Assembly: GCA_003213275.1 (NCBI GenBank) | Contig: QCNH01000001.1 | Location: 22,196-86,195 of the forward strand | Length of the DNA: 64,000 nt | Direction of reading: 5' to 3' | From: Prochlorococcus sp. AG-424-M03 | Lineage (GTDB): Bacteria > Cyanobacteriota > Cyanobacteriia > PCC-6307 > Cyanobiaceae | The notes under the pieces: generated by a model | Databases searched by the model: none | Told to the model about the DNA's origin: nothing | What the model saw: only the letters and a program-made list of their open reading frames with translations | Shown here: one piece after another, positions 54,052 through 63,029 of the stretch | How positions within the stretch are numbered: the first letter of the stretch is position 1 | Layout: each line of letters begins with the position of its first letter | Translations under genes and position numbers: made by a program

Positions 54052-54783
54052 CTATAAGGAAGGCATCGAAAATAAGAGAAAATCTAGGTCTTTTTCAGTA
54101 TCCATAGAGATATCATCATAATAATTAACTTCAAATCCTAAGCCATCTCCAGAAGAGAGACTAATATTTGAATTAACGTCTTTACTTTTTAATAAAAGAT
54201 TACCTTCTATTATTTGTATCCAATTATATGTGTCGATTTTTAATGGCAATTTTTTTTCTTTAATAGGTTTATATTTACAACGCCATAAAGAGATATCTTG
54301 ATTTATTAAAAGTTTATTTTCCCCATCTAAGTAATCAATAATGAGATTATCTCCTATGCCATTTTTAAATGATTTTTGCTTATAGGCAGGCTTAAGATTA
54401 CTTTTTTTTGGATAAATCCAAATCTGAAATAACTTACAGGGTTTATTCTCTTCATTTTTCTCACTGTGTGAAATCCCAGTGCCAGCTGACATAACTTGAA
54501 CTTCATTTTCATAAATTTTTCCTGAATTATTTAATGAGTCCCGATGAGTAATTGCACCTTTTGTTACAACAGTAATTATCTCCATATCAGAATGAGAATG
54601 CATATTAAAGCCAGAATTTGGAAAAATAGTATCTTCATTTATGACTCTAATATTCCCAAAATTATCCCATTTTGGATCCCTATGCTCTGCGAAAGAAAAT
54701 GTATGCATTGAATGCAGCCAATCTCTTCTTGATAAAAATCTATCTTTGGATTTTCTTAGTTTAAGAATATTAATAACCATCAA
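54052..54783 (-). CDS. pirin family protein (YhhW-like)
   Basis: WLHSMHTFSF, RVINED, HSHSDMEI, HRDS, MSAGTGISHSE, FQIWI. Confidence 0.93.
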   Translation of the reverse strand: MMVINILKLRKSKDRFLSRRDWLHSMHTFSFAEHRDPKWDNFGNIRVINEDTIFPNSGFNMHSHSDMEIITVVTKGAITHRDSLNNSGKIYENEVQVMSAGTGISHSEKNEENKPCKLFQIWIYPKKSNLKPAYKQKSFKNGIGDNLIIDYLDGENKLLINQDISLWRCKYKPIKEKKLPLKIDTYNWIQIIEGNLLLKSKDVNSNISLSSGDGLGFEVNYYDDISMDTEKDLDFLLFSMPSL

Positions 54784-54865
54784 AATTTTGAAAGAATTCT
54801 AAAAAATTAGAAAAATATTTGTAAAAAATTTTTTTATAAATTATTTCTAAAAAAAAATATCGAAT

Positions 54866-54994
54866 TTAAAAATTTATTTTACTCTGAGCTTTAGTAGCCT
54901 TTATCAATATTTTTTTTGCTTCATCTCTTGTAAGGCATTTTTCTGCTTTTACATTTAGATTTTTAAGTTTTTGCAGTTGCTTTGAGTTACTCAT
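54866..54994 (-). CDS. 42-aa hypothetical microprotein (not in the ORF track)
   Basis: hand translation MSNSKQLQKLKNLNVKAEKCLTRDEAKKILIKATKAQSKINF. Confidence 0.6.
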   Translation of the reverse strand: MSNSKQLQKLKNLNVKAEKCLTRDEAKKILIKATKAQSKINF

Positions 54995-55057
54995 AATTTA
55001 ACTCGTTCATAAAGCCATCTTAACATAAATTTAAATTAATTGCCTAAAACCTTTGCA

Positions 55058-55600
55058 TCAAATCATTTTTGCCGCTTTAAGAATGGAATTATCAGAGCAA
55101 TATAGAGGATGTATTGGATTATCTTTGATTGTTTTCTTAATTAAAAGCGGTCCAAGAGGATTATCAAAATTATTGTTCCTAATTAAATTATATTGCATTA
55201 TTTTTTTTGATATTTTTGTATTTCTATTTAGAAATTTCCCTTTATTACCCCAACCTAACCATAAATCACAATTTTTATTTTCAGACCAGTGTTTTAAGTT
55301 TTTATAAATATGATTATTGTTTAGATACCCAACAGGTTTTTTGTGATTATAAAGTTTTTCTGGATTACTTGAAATTAAAGCAAATAGATTAATTAATTTT
55401 ACTTTGCCATAATTATGTTTTTCTGAAATTTTGATTATCTTTTTTGTTGTATTATCCAAAAAAACTGCATCTGATAATGAAGGATTTAAACCAATAAAAA
55501 TTATTTCTTTTTTAGATTTAGAAATCTCATAACTTAAACTCCATCTATATAATTTGTTCGCGCTTATTAAACAATTTCTCTCTAGAAATAATTTTTTCAA
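55058..55600 (-). CDS. DUF1643 family protein
   Basis: YRWSL, FIGLNPS..D...D.T, NLFA, WGN.G, P.HPLY. Confidence 0.85.
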   Translation of the reverse strand: MKKLFLERNCLISANKLYRWSLSYEISKSKKEIIFIGLNPSLSDAVFLDNTTKKIIKISEKHNYGKVKLINLFALISSNPEKLYNHKKPVGYLNNNHIYKNLKHWSENKNCDLWLGWGNKGKFLNRNTKISKKIMQYNLIRNNNFDNPLGPLLIKKTIKDNPIHPLYCSDNSILKAAKMI

Positions 55601-56082
55601 CCTAAACCTACACCTCTAGCCATAAGAGTTGCAAACAATGGTATGGTTGCAAAGCCCACTAATTCTGTAGTAATAATAAGTCTAAACCTTTTAACAAGGT
55701 TCTCTGAAATTTCAGGTAGCTTATTTTTACTTAATGGAATTGCCCAGAGAATATATGTTGTTGTTGGGTATAGAGAAAGTAGTCCTACCAAAATATAAAG
55801 AGAGACCTTTATCCAAAACACAGGATTACCTGTATAAAAATCACCCCCTTGACCAAAATACTTAACACGCAATATACCAGTAACCAAAATTGCGACTCCC
55901 GCCAAACCGTAAACGACATCAGCAATTATCATTGAGATTGTCTCGTTTCTATTAAGATCTACTTTGAGAGTCAATCTTTCAAACAATAGAGATCCGAAAC
56001 ATAATATGATTCCTAAATAATGTACATATGCTACCAATGCACTTTTAGCAATTTCCCCTGTTAATAAAGTTCCAATTAACAT
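55597..56082 (-). CDS. DUF2214 family membrane protein
   Basis: AYVHYL, D.VYGLA, G.G..FY..NPVFW.K, SLYPT, ATLMARGVG. Confidence 0.85.
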   Translation of the reverse strand: MLIGTLLTGEIAKSALVAYVHYLGIILCFGSLLFERLTLKVDLNRNETISMIIADVVYGLAGVAILVTGILRVKYFGQGGDFYTGNPVFWIKVSLYILVGLLSLYPTTTYILWAIPLSKNKLPEISENLVKRFRLIITTELVGFATIPLFATLMARGVGLG

Positions 56083-56169
56083 TTTCTAGTCAAAATTTAT
56101 ACAATACTAACCACCAAATTAAGAATTTGTTTAGAAATAGATTAATAATTTAAGAGCAAAGTATTGAAT

Positions 56170-56919
56170 CTAAGAATCTAAATACCTTTTTTGACCATCT
56201 TCAAAAAAATCTTTTTTATTCCATACTTCGATTACATCTGGGAAATGTTTTTCCATGCAAGTATCACAAACCCCATGACTAAATCTAATATCACTTATTT
56301 TCGAAAGATATTTTTCCAAATGCATCCAATCGCCCTCCTTATTTTTTACTTCTCTGCAATATGAACATACAGATAAAATTCCTTCCTGTTTATGCAAATT
56401 AGACAATGCATCTAGCAAGTTTAATGATTTTTTTCTAAGCTCTAAAAATGAAACTATTTGATTAGATAATAATTCCATAATAGTGAATTGTTGGGGAGTG
56501 AGATTTCCTGGCTTTCTATCTATTACACAAAGAGTTCCAAGTTTATTACCTTCACTATTTCTAAGAGGAAAACCTGCATAAAAACGAATCTTTGGATCTC
56601 CTGTTACCAATGGATTATTTATAAATCTTTCATCTTGGAAAGCGTCATGAATTATTAATGGATTATTTTCTTTTATTGCATGGGTACAAAAAGACCAATC
56701 TCTTCTAGTTTCTGATATTTGAAGTCCTACTTTGGATTTAAACCATTGTTTATCTTTGTCTACCAAAGTCATTAAAGAAATAGGCACATTACAGGTTGCA
56801 GCAGCAATTTGTGTAATATCGTCATAACATGATTCTGGCTTGGTTCCCAAAATCCTGTATTCTGCCAAAGCTCTTAATCTTCTTTCCTCTTCTTCTTTTT
56901 TTGATACAGGATTCTGCAT
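56170..56919 (-). CDS. GAF domain protein with a C-terminal Cys4/His putative metal-binding domain
   Basis: EERRLRALAEYRIL, QWFKS, SFCTHAI, IRFYAGFPL, LGTLCVID; C-terminal CSYC...SHGVCDTC. Confidence 0.88.
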   Translation of the reverse strand: MQNPVSKKEEEERRLRALAEYRILGTKPESCYDDITQIAAATCNVPISLMTLVDKDKQWFKSKVGLQISETRRDWSFCTHAIKENNPLIIHDAFQDERFINNPLVTGDPKIRFYAGFPLRNSEGNKLGTLCVIDRKPGNLTPQQFTIMELLSNQIVSFLELRKKSLNLLDALSNLHKQEGILSVCSYCREVKNKEGDWMHLEKYLSKISDIRFSHGVCDTCMEKHFPDVIEVWNKKDFFEDGQKRYLDS

Positions 56920-57004
56920 TACACTTCACCAATAATTCAAACTCTAAAATTAAAGCCTCTTTCAAAAACTTTTTCCTTCTAATACTTAATAAAAAAAGAT
57001 AAAT

Positions 57005-58252
57005 TTATTGATTTATTAATTTATGATTTAAATTCGAGATTGCCATCCCAGCGATCCATCCACTTGTCCAACAATGTTGAAAATTAAATCCACCTGTGAT
57101 CCCATCAACATCTAAAACTTCTCCAGAAAAAAATAATCCTGGACAAATTAAGCTCTCCATACTTTTAAAATTAACTTCATTAATTTTTACGCCTCCAGAA
57201 GTAACAAATTCCTCTCCAAAAGGACCTTTGCTAGAAATTATATATTTGTCCCTCATAATAATATTTATCAATTTGTCTCTTTCATCCGCAAGTAGATCAG
57301 CCCACTTCTTCTCTTTATCAATACCTATTTTATTTAATAAAAAAATCCATAATCTTTTTGTTAATAATGGCACAGGTCTACTGTTTATTAAATTCACCTT
57401 CCCTTTATTTAATCTTAAAAAGTTAATTTTTTCTTTTAACTCCTCATAACTTAAAACTGACCATTTAATGATTAGATTAAATTTATATTTTTGGCTAAAA
57501 AGTTCCCTTGCTGCCATTGATGAAAGTTTTAACACCGCTGGTCCACTAAAACCCCAGTGAGTAATTAGTAAATCTCCTCTATTTTGAAAGGTCTTATTGT
57601 TTAATTTAATTTCTAGATCTATTCCCTTTATCGATACGCCACTACATTCATCCAGATTTGGTTCTTTTGTAGAAAAAGTAAACAGTGATGGAACAGGTTT
57701 AACTATGCTGTGTCCAAGATCTTGAGCCAATTTATAGCCACTTGGGTGGCTACCACTAGAAAGAACTATATTTTTTGTAATTACCTTTTCTTTTTTAAGA
57801 CTAAAAATATTAAATAAATTTTCTGGAGTTTTGGAAATTTCCTTTACAAAAAATTTTGTAAATATCTCTACATTCTTTGATAAAGCACTTTTTCGTAAAC
57901 AATCAATCACATCTGAAGAAGAATTAGACACTGGGAATACTCTTAGATCTTCTTCAATTTTTAATTTCAAACCTTTTTTCTCAAACCAATCAAATACATC
58001 TCCCGCCGCAAAACGATTAAATGATTCTAAGAGCTGAATACCACCTCTAGGATAATTCTCAACTAGTTCATTTGGTATCCATGTCGCATTAGTTACGTTA
58101 CATCTCCCCCCTCCACTAATCCTTACTTTCTCCATAAGTTTTGAAGTGCCTTCAAGAATTATTATTCTTTTTACTCCATTTTCAGCAGCAGTTATTGCTG
58201 TCATAAAACCAGCAGCACCGCCTCCTATAACTGCTAAATCAAAAGAGTCCAA
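57005..58252 (-). CDS. HI0933/BaiN family flavoprotein
   Basis: GGGAAG, KVRISGGGRCNVTN, VTSGGV, GEVLDVDGITGGFNFQ. Confidence 0.93.
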   Translation of the reverse strand: MDSFDLAVIGGGAAGFMTAITAAENGVKRIIILEGTSKLMEKVRISGGGRCNVTNATWIPNELVENYPRGGIQLLESFNRFAAGDVFDWFEKKGLKLKIEEDLRVFPVSNSSSDVIDCLRKSALSKNVEIFTKFFVKEISKTPENLFNIFSLKKEKVITKNIVLSSGSHPSGYKLAQDLGHSIVKPVPSLFTFSTKEPNLDECSGVSIKGIDLEIKLNNKTFQNRGDLLITHWGFSGPAVLKLSSMAARELFSQKYKFNLIIKWSVLSYEELKEKINFLRLNKGKVNLINSRPVPLLTKRLWIFLLNKIGIDKEKKWADLLADERDKLINIIMRDKYIISSKGPFGEEFVTSGGVKINEVNFKSMESLICPGLFFSGEVLDVDGITGGFNFQHCWTSGWIAGMAISNLNHKLINQ

Positions 58253-58478
58253 AAACTTATCCTTTAATATTCTTTAGTCTGATAATAGCAAGGCTATAAA
58301 AAGAAAAATTATTCAAAAAAAATATATAAATACTTAAGAAACTACATAATAAATAGTAGTAATTTAATAAAGTTTTGAATCTTCTACAAAAATCAACGCA
58401 GTCGTTATTTATATGCTTTATTTTAACTTAATGAGTCTAATATTTTCTTACGTTAAATATTCTGAGGCCAGCTTTCCT

Positions 58479-58706
58479 ATGACGGGCCAATACACAGCTC
58501 TTCTTTTAATAACTTCTTTTATTTGGGTTTTACTTTGGTTTGGATATAGACAAAATAAGATAAATGATGAGATCAAGAAAAAAGAAAAAGAAGAAAGAAT
58601 TAATGCAAAAGTTCAAAGAAGAAAAAAGTTAGAAAGTCTTTACCCTAGTAGAAACAAACAGTTTAAAATTAAGAAATTATCTTCATATAAATATGAAAAA
58701 AAATAA
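58479..58706 (+). CDS. small single-TM protein with basic coiled-coil tail
   Basis: start probably ATG 58479 (ORF opens at 58413). Confidence 0.55.
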   Translation: MTGQYTALLLITSFIWVLLWFGYRQNKINDEIKKKEKEERINAKVQRRKKLESLYPSRNKQFKIKKLSSYKYEKK

Positions 58707-58813
58707 TTTACAATCTCTAATTAACTACTTACCAGGAATCTTGATTCTTATTTATGTATTCTTTTTAGCATTTACTCAATTTATAAAATAAAATTTTCTA
58801 AAAATTATTTGTT

Positions 58814-59686
58814 TTGATTGGAATCCTTTCTGCTTTTGGAGCCGCTACATCTTGGACTTATGCATGCTTTATTTGGCGATCGCAAACTCAAAAATACAAA
58901 TCAATAGATATTAATTTAATAAAAAATATAATAGCTTTTATTGTTTTTCTACCTGCTTTTATTAATCTCAGTTCTGCAACTGAATTAAAATATATATTTG
59001 TCTTACTATTTAGTGGAATAATAGGTATAGGTTTAGGTGATACCTTCTACCTAAAATCATTACAAACAATTGGCACAAGAAAAACTCTATCTTTAGAAAC
59101 TCTTTCTCCTTTAATGGCTGCTTTCTTGGGGAAGATTTTTATTAATGAAAATTTAACCCCCAAATCATGGATTGGAATAATAATAGTATCCATTTCGCTT
59201 TTCATAATTCTGAAAAAAGAGGTTTATTTTAAGGAGGGAAACTCCCCTTTCTCAGGAAAACATAACTTTAAGATTTATGCATTTCCTTTTTTATCAGTTT
59301 TATGTGCTGTTTTAGGAGGTCTTTCCTCAAGGATAGTTTTCCTTCAAAGTAATTTATCTCCTTTCCTTACCACTGAGATTAGATTATTAGGTGCAATAAT
59401 CTTTTTAATTACTTTAAAAAGATTTAAAATTAATTTTTTCTTAAACAATATAGAAAAAAATCAACAAAAAAGATTTTTGCTTTCAATATTTCTTGGAACC
59501 AATGTAGGAATATTTCTACAACAAATTGTATTTAAAACTCTCCCAATAGGAATAGGATGGGCTTTATTAAGTACATCACCAGTAATTTCTTTATTTTTTG
59601 CTAAGAAAGAGGAAAGAGAAATTAACAAAAAAATAATATTTTTTACTTGTTTTTTATTTTCTGGCTTAACATTAATAATTCTCTAA
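58814..59686 (+). CDS. DMT/EamA family transporter
   Basis: about 10 TM helices in two repeats; SGIIGIGLGDTFY, LSP, STSP. Confidence 0.88.
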   Translation: MIGILSAFGAATSWTYACFIWRSQTQKYKSIDINLIKNIIAFIVFLPAFINLSSATELKYIFVLLFSGIIGIGLGDTFYLKSLQTIGTRKTLSLETLSPLMAAFLGKIFINENLTPKSWIGIIIVSISLFIILKKEVYFKEGNSPFSGKHNFKIYAFPFLSVLCAVLGGLSSRIVFLQSNLSPFLTTEIRLLGAIIFLITLKRFKINFFLNNIEKNQQKRFLLSIFLGTNVGIFLQQIVFKTLPIGIGWALLSTSPVISLFFAKKEEREINKKIIFFTCFLFSGLTLIIL

Positions 59687-59763
59687 TATTGGAGTTAATG
59701 TAATAAATACTCATGTTAATAGAAATAACATTAAATAAAATTATTCTATAAATAATCAGAATA

Positions 59764-59880
59764 ATGAAAACCTTAAAGAAAAAAAAACTAGGTACTCTTC
59801 AAGTTTATGTTATTTTTCTAAGCTGTATTTATGCAGGATTTATAGGTTATAAATCTTTATTGAATGTTTTATTTACTTAA
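59764..59880 (+). CDS. 38-aa single-TM microprotein (not in the ORF track)
   Basis: MKTLKKKKLGTLQVYVIFLSCIYAGFIGYKSLLNVLFT. Confidence 0.45.
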   Translation: MKTLKKKKLGTLQVYVIFLSCIYAGFIGYKSLLNVLFT

Positions 59881-59886
59881 AATTAA

Positions 59887-60021
59887 TTAATTAATTGTTT
59901 GGGCTGATTTAATCAACTTACCTCCATCTTGGTCATCATCATCATTTGAGGCAAAAAATAAAATATATATACCAAGAGAAGCTATAGATAAAGAAATTGA
60001 TAATACAGAAAGCTCATCCAT
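59887..60021 (-). CDS. 44-aa TM microprotein with poly-Asp-GG tail
   Basis: MDELSV...YILFFASNDDDDQDGGKLI; ATG at 60021. Confidence 0.65.
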   Translation of the reverse strand: MDELSVLSISLSIASLGIYILFFASNDDDDQDGGKLIKSAQTIN

Positions 60022-60141
60022 AAATTTAATTTTTTTTAATAATAAAGGGGAAAAGATAAAAGACAGTAAACAAATACACATTCTCAAAAATAAAAATTTC
60101 TTTTATTTGTAAAATAAAGGGAAATATATTCGAACTATTTT

Positions 60142-60417
60142 GTGAAAGTTCTAATCACTTCTCCTTGTAGTGCAAGCGTAATAATTCAGTATGGAATAAA
60201 AAGTTGGCCTATTTGGGAATGTGAGCCAAGCAAATTTCAATGGAATTACGATGACAAGGAAATTTGCTTAATTATTGAAGGCCAAGCTACTATAAGCACT
60301 CAAAAAGGTGATATTTATGTAATTAAAGCAGGAGACCTAGTTGAGTTTCCAGCTGGGCTTTACTGCAAGTGGGAAGTAACCAAGAGTCTTAAAAAACATT
60401 ATCGGTTGGGTAGCTAA
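60142..60417 (+). CDS. cupin domain protein (DUF861-like)
   Basis: WPIWECEP..F.W.Y...E.C..IEG, AGDLV.FPAG...W.V....KHY. Confidence 0.88.
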   Translation: MKVLITSPCSASVIIQYGIKSWPIWECEPSKFQWNYDDKEICLIIEGQATISTQKGDIYVIKAGDLVEFPAGLYCKWEVTKSLKKHYRLGS

Positions 60418-60509
60418 ATATAAGAAAAAAGATTTTTTCTTGTTTTATTATTAAGCCAATGCAGATAAAATATAGTTAATAAATAATTTTCAAAAGGAAA
60501 ACTAATATT

Positions 60510-60677
60510 ATGCATTTTACTGATCAAGAATATTTTGAGGTTATCGAGAAAAACGAAACAGTAAAAGAAGCCTATGAAAAGATTAAGCAAATTTGCATTG
60601 ATTTACAAAAACAAACAAATTGTCCTGAAGAGGACTTAAAAGATTTTCTTGAATTTATTTCTAGACAATGGAATTAA
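60510..60677 (+). CDS. 55-aa hypothetical microprotein (not in the ORF track)
   Basis: MHFTDQEYFEVIEKNETVKEAYEKIKQICIDLQKQTNCPEEDLKDFLEFISRQWN; AAGGA upstream. Confidence 0.65.
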   Translation: MHFTDQEYFEVIEKNETVKEAYEKIKQICIDLQKQTNCPEEDLKDFLEFISRQWN

Positions 60678-60747
60678 GTAATAATAAACAAACCCCTAAT
60701 CAATAGGAGATTTAACCTCTCAATTTATTTTTCTGACTGAAAAAGTT

Positions 60748-60879
60748 CTAATCTAATTCTTTTTTTGGCTTAGTATTGATACTTGAAGTTCCCTTAGCAG
60801 CAGAAACAAAGAAAAAGAAACCTACAATGCCTGATATACCAAATATCGCAGCCAAAGGATCAAAAGAGAAAGAAAACAT
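60748..60879 (-). CDS. 43-aa single-TM microprotein (not in the ORF track)
   Basis: MFSFSFDPLAAIFGISGIVGFFFFVSAAKGTSSINTKPKKELD. Confidence 0.6.
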   Translation of the reverse strand: MFSFSFDPLAAIFGISGIVGFFFFVSAAKGTSSINTKPKKELD

Positions 60880-61157
60880 AGAATTTTAAAATAAAGATAA
60901 ATAATAGTTTTTGAATCAAAATTGCACAATTATTGTTAAGTATAAAAAATAACAATCTCACGATTCATTAAGTCATTATTAGTTTCTAGTAGGTAAAAGT
61001 AAATTATTATTCAAATTCATATTTAAAATAAAAATATAAATATATACCTAAGATTTATTCTTATGATTGAAAAAATTATAAAAAATATTTATAGAAATCT
61101 AGAATACTAATACCTAACAGATCCACAATTGTTATTTCTTTTGATTAATATCAAGAA

Positions 61158-61340
61158 ATGATAGATTTATTCTCAGCTTCTTCCTCAGTAAGTCCTTTAA
61201 CAGCTATACTTTGGTGTTTTTACCCAATATCTGTACTTTTAATAATTGAGTTACTTCTCGGAGGAGGGTTTGATGACGATAATAATGACGATGAAGATGG
61301 TGGCATGCTAATTCCGGCTTATTCAAGATCTAACGTTTAA
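61158..61340 (+). CDS. 60-aa TM microprotein with poly-Asp-GG tail
   Basis: SPLTAILWCFYP...ELLL...DDDNNDDEDGGMLIPAY. Confidence 0.75.
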   Translation: MIDLFSASSSVSPLTAILWCFYPISVLLIIELLLGGGFDDDNNDDEDGGMLIPAYSRSNV

Positions 61341-61380
61341 TTTAAATTTTAAATTTAAAGCCCTTAATAAAGTCAATTAA

Positions 61381-61521
61381 ATGGTTAATGATATTGATAC
61401 CACTCTTATATCCCTAATTACACTTACAATTATTCTTATATCTTCTCTCTCCTGGCTAGCCCTAAAGACCCTCAAAGAAGGTAGAAAAGCGCTTAAAGAA
61501 ATAAATAAAGATTCATTATAA
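61381..61521 (+). CDS. 46-aa single-TM microprotein (not in the ORF track)
   Basis: MVNDIDTTLISLITLTIILISSLSWLALKTLKEGRKALKEINKDSL. Confidence 0.55.
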   Translation: MVNDIDTTLISLITLTIILISSLSWLALKTLKEGRKALKEINKDSL

Positions 61522-61944
61522 ATAGCAAAAGAACTTATAATAATGGAGAGTTTTTCGATTGGTATTAATCATCTTTTAGCTTTATAAGTTTGACTAACTT
61601 AAATATATGCCTAAAAAATAACGACTTTTCTTTAATGGAAGGTTTGCAAATTCATAAAAAGACTAAATAAATATTAGAATTTAAAAATATTAAACTAAAC
61701 AATTCTCAATTTACATTTATTACTTTTGTTTTAATAGTTTTCTTTCCCATAATTACCTTCATAAATCAATATGCATCTAAATTCTTTAATTTATATTTGT
61801 TCTATCTCTTTATTCATTTACATAATGGCACTATTTTGGAGAGACATGCCTAATCATAAACAGTAAATAAATAATATTAATTTTGTTGCCTAACAAAATA
61901 AATTAGGTTATTAATTTAATATTGGCTCTAATTTTTCTATATAA

Positions 61945-62109
61945 ATGCTAAAGGAAACTTCAAATAACCATAATAAAAATACATTCTCAGAAACTAAAAA
62001 TATTGAAAAAGAAAAGATAATTTGCAAAGACGGATTCTGCTCCTTACCAAATCAAAAAGAGATCCCAAAACAAAATACGAATGATATGAATCTATTTGAT
62101 CCTATTTAA
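61945..62109 (+). CDS. 54-aa microprotein with CKDGFC motif (not in the ORF track)
   Basis: MLKETSNNH...IICKDGFCSLP...MNLFDPI. Confidence 0.55.
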   Translation: MLKETSNNHNKNTFSETKNIEKEKIICKDGFCSLPNQKEIPKQNTNDMNLFDPI

Positions 62110-62167
62110 CACATAATTAATATTCTGATGGCTTCAACTTTATATTAATAAATTCTCTGAATTGTAA

Positions 62168-62506
62168 TTGATGCTTAAGGAATTTTTAAATGCATATCAA
62201 GAGTTTTGGATTAAAGCTACTGACTTCAAAGGATGCACATCACGAAAGGACTGGTGGTTCGTTCAATTAGCAAATCTTATAATTTCGTTCCTAACTTTCC
62301 CAATAGTTTTAAAGATGTTTGGTTTCAATGCTTATGGAATAGTTTGCATCATTCCTCAAATAGCTATTGATATAAGAAGAATCAGTGATTTTGGAAAGGA
62401 TTGGAAATGGATCTTTATAAATTTAATACCCGTTTTCGGATGGATCTTGTGGTTCATCTGGTTAGGCTTTGGCAAGACCGGTAATGGGAAAAATAAACTT
62501 TTATAG
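62168..62506 (+). CDS. DUF805 family membrane protein
   Basis: DFKG.TSR.DWW, P.IAI.IRR..D.GK.W.WI.I.LIP..G. Confidence 0.88.
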   Translation: MMLKEFLNAYQEFWIKATDFKGCTSRKDWWFVQLANLIISFLTFPIVLKMFGFNAYGIVCIIPQIAIDIRRISDFGKDWKWIFINLIPVFGWILWFIWLGFGKTGNGKNKLL

Positions 62507-62517
62507 AAATTAACCCT

Positions 62518-62835
62518 TTATTTTTTTCTTTTTTTAAAATCTACAAATCTTATCTTTTTTCTTAACGCTATTTGTTTTTCAAGGATTCTAAACACATGCA
62601 TCTCGCATTCTGTTAATTTAAGAAACTGATCTAGTGTATCTTTATCTTCTTCATCAAAATTTTCGAAAACTTCTGAAATAGCGCTACTATTTCTAGAAAT
62701 AAACTCCTCTGCAACATCTTCTGGTTTTTTACCTGAGTCGAAATCCTGAAAAGCTTCATAAGAATTAAGTTCTCTTGTTAGCCATTTAAACCATGGCTCA
62801 TTGTTTTTAAATTTTTTATTTATGATTTTCTTCAT
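62518..62835 (-). CDS. hypothetical protein, paralog of 51833-52099
   Basis: WFKW...PEDVAEEF...FLKLTECEMHV. Confidence 0.75.
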   Translation of the reverse strand: MKKIINKKFKNNEPWFKWLTRELNSYEAFQDFDSGKKPEDVAEEFISRNSSAISEVFENFDEEDKDTLDQFLKLTECEMHVFRILEKQIALRKKIRFVDFKKRKK

Positions 62836-63029
62836 GAATAAATTTTTACTTATTTAATCATTATTAGTTATGCATTCTTTGACAGCTGTACAATTACTTA
62901 TTTTTATAAATTTAATTAAAGTTAAACCTTGATTTTTTATTTTTTCATAATAACTAAAATTATTACCTATCAAATTTTTTAGAGAATAAGTATCTATTAC
63001 TCATTTTTTAGTTTAAGAGATACCTAAAA

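Noticed and set aside
54790-54860. Long A/T dyad upstream of the pirin gene
   Set aside because: Made almost entirely of A- and T-runs; expected by chance at this composition.
61635-61860. Hydrophobic-coding stretch as a gene
   Set aside because: Early stop after the ATG and no continuous frame; may be a decayed gene but cannot be supported.
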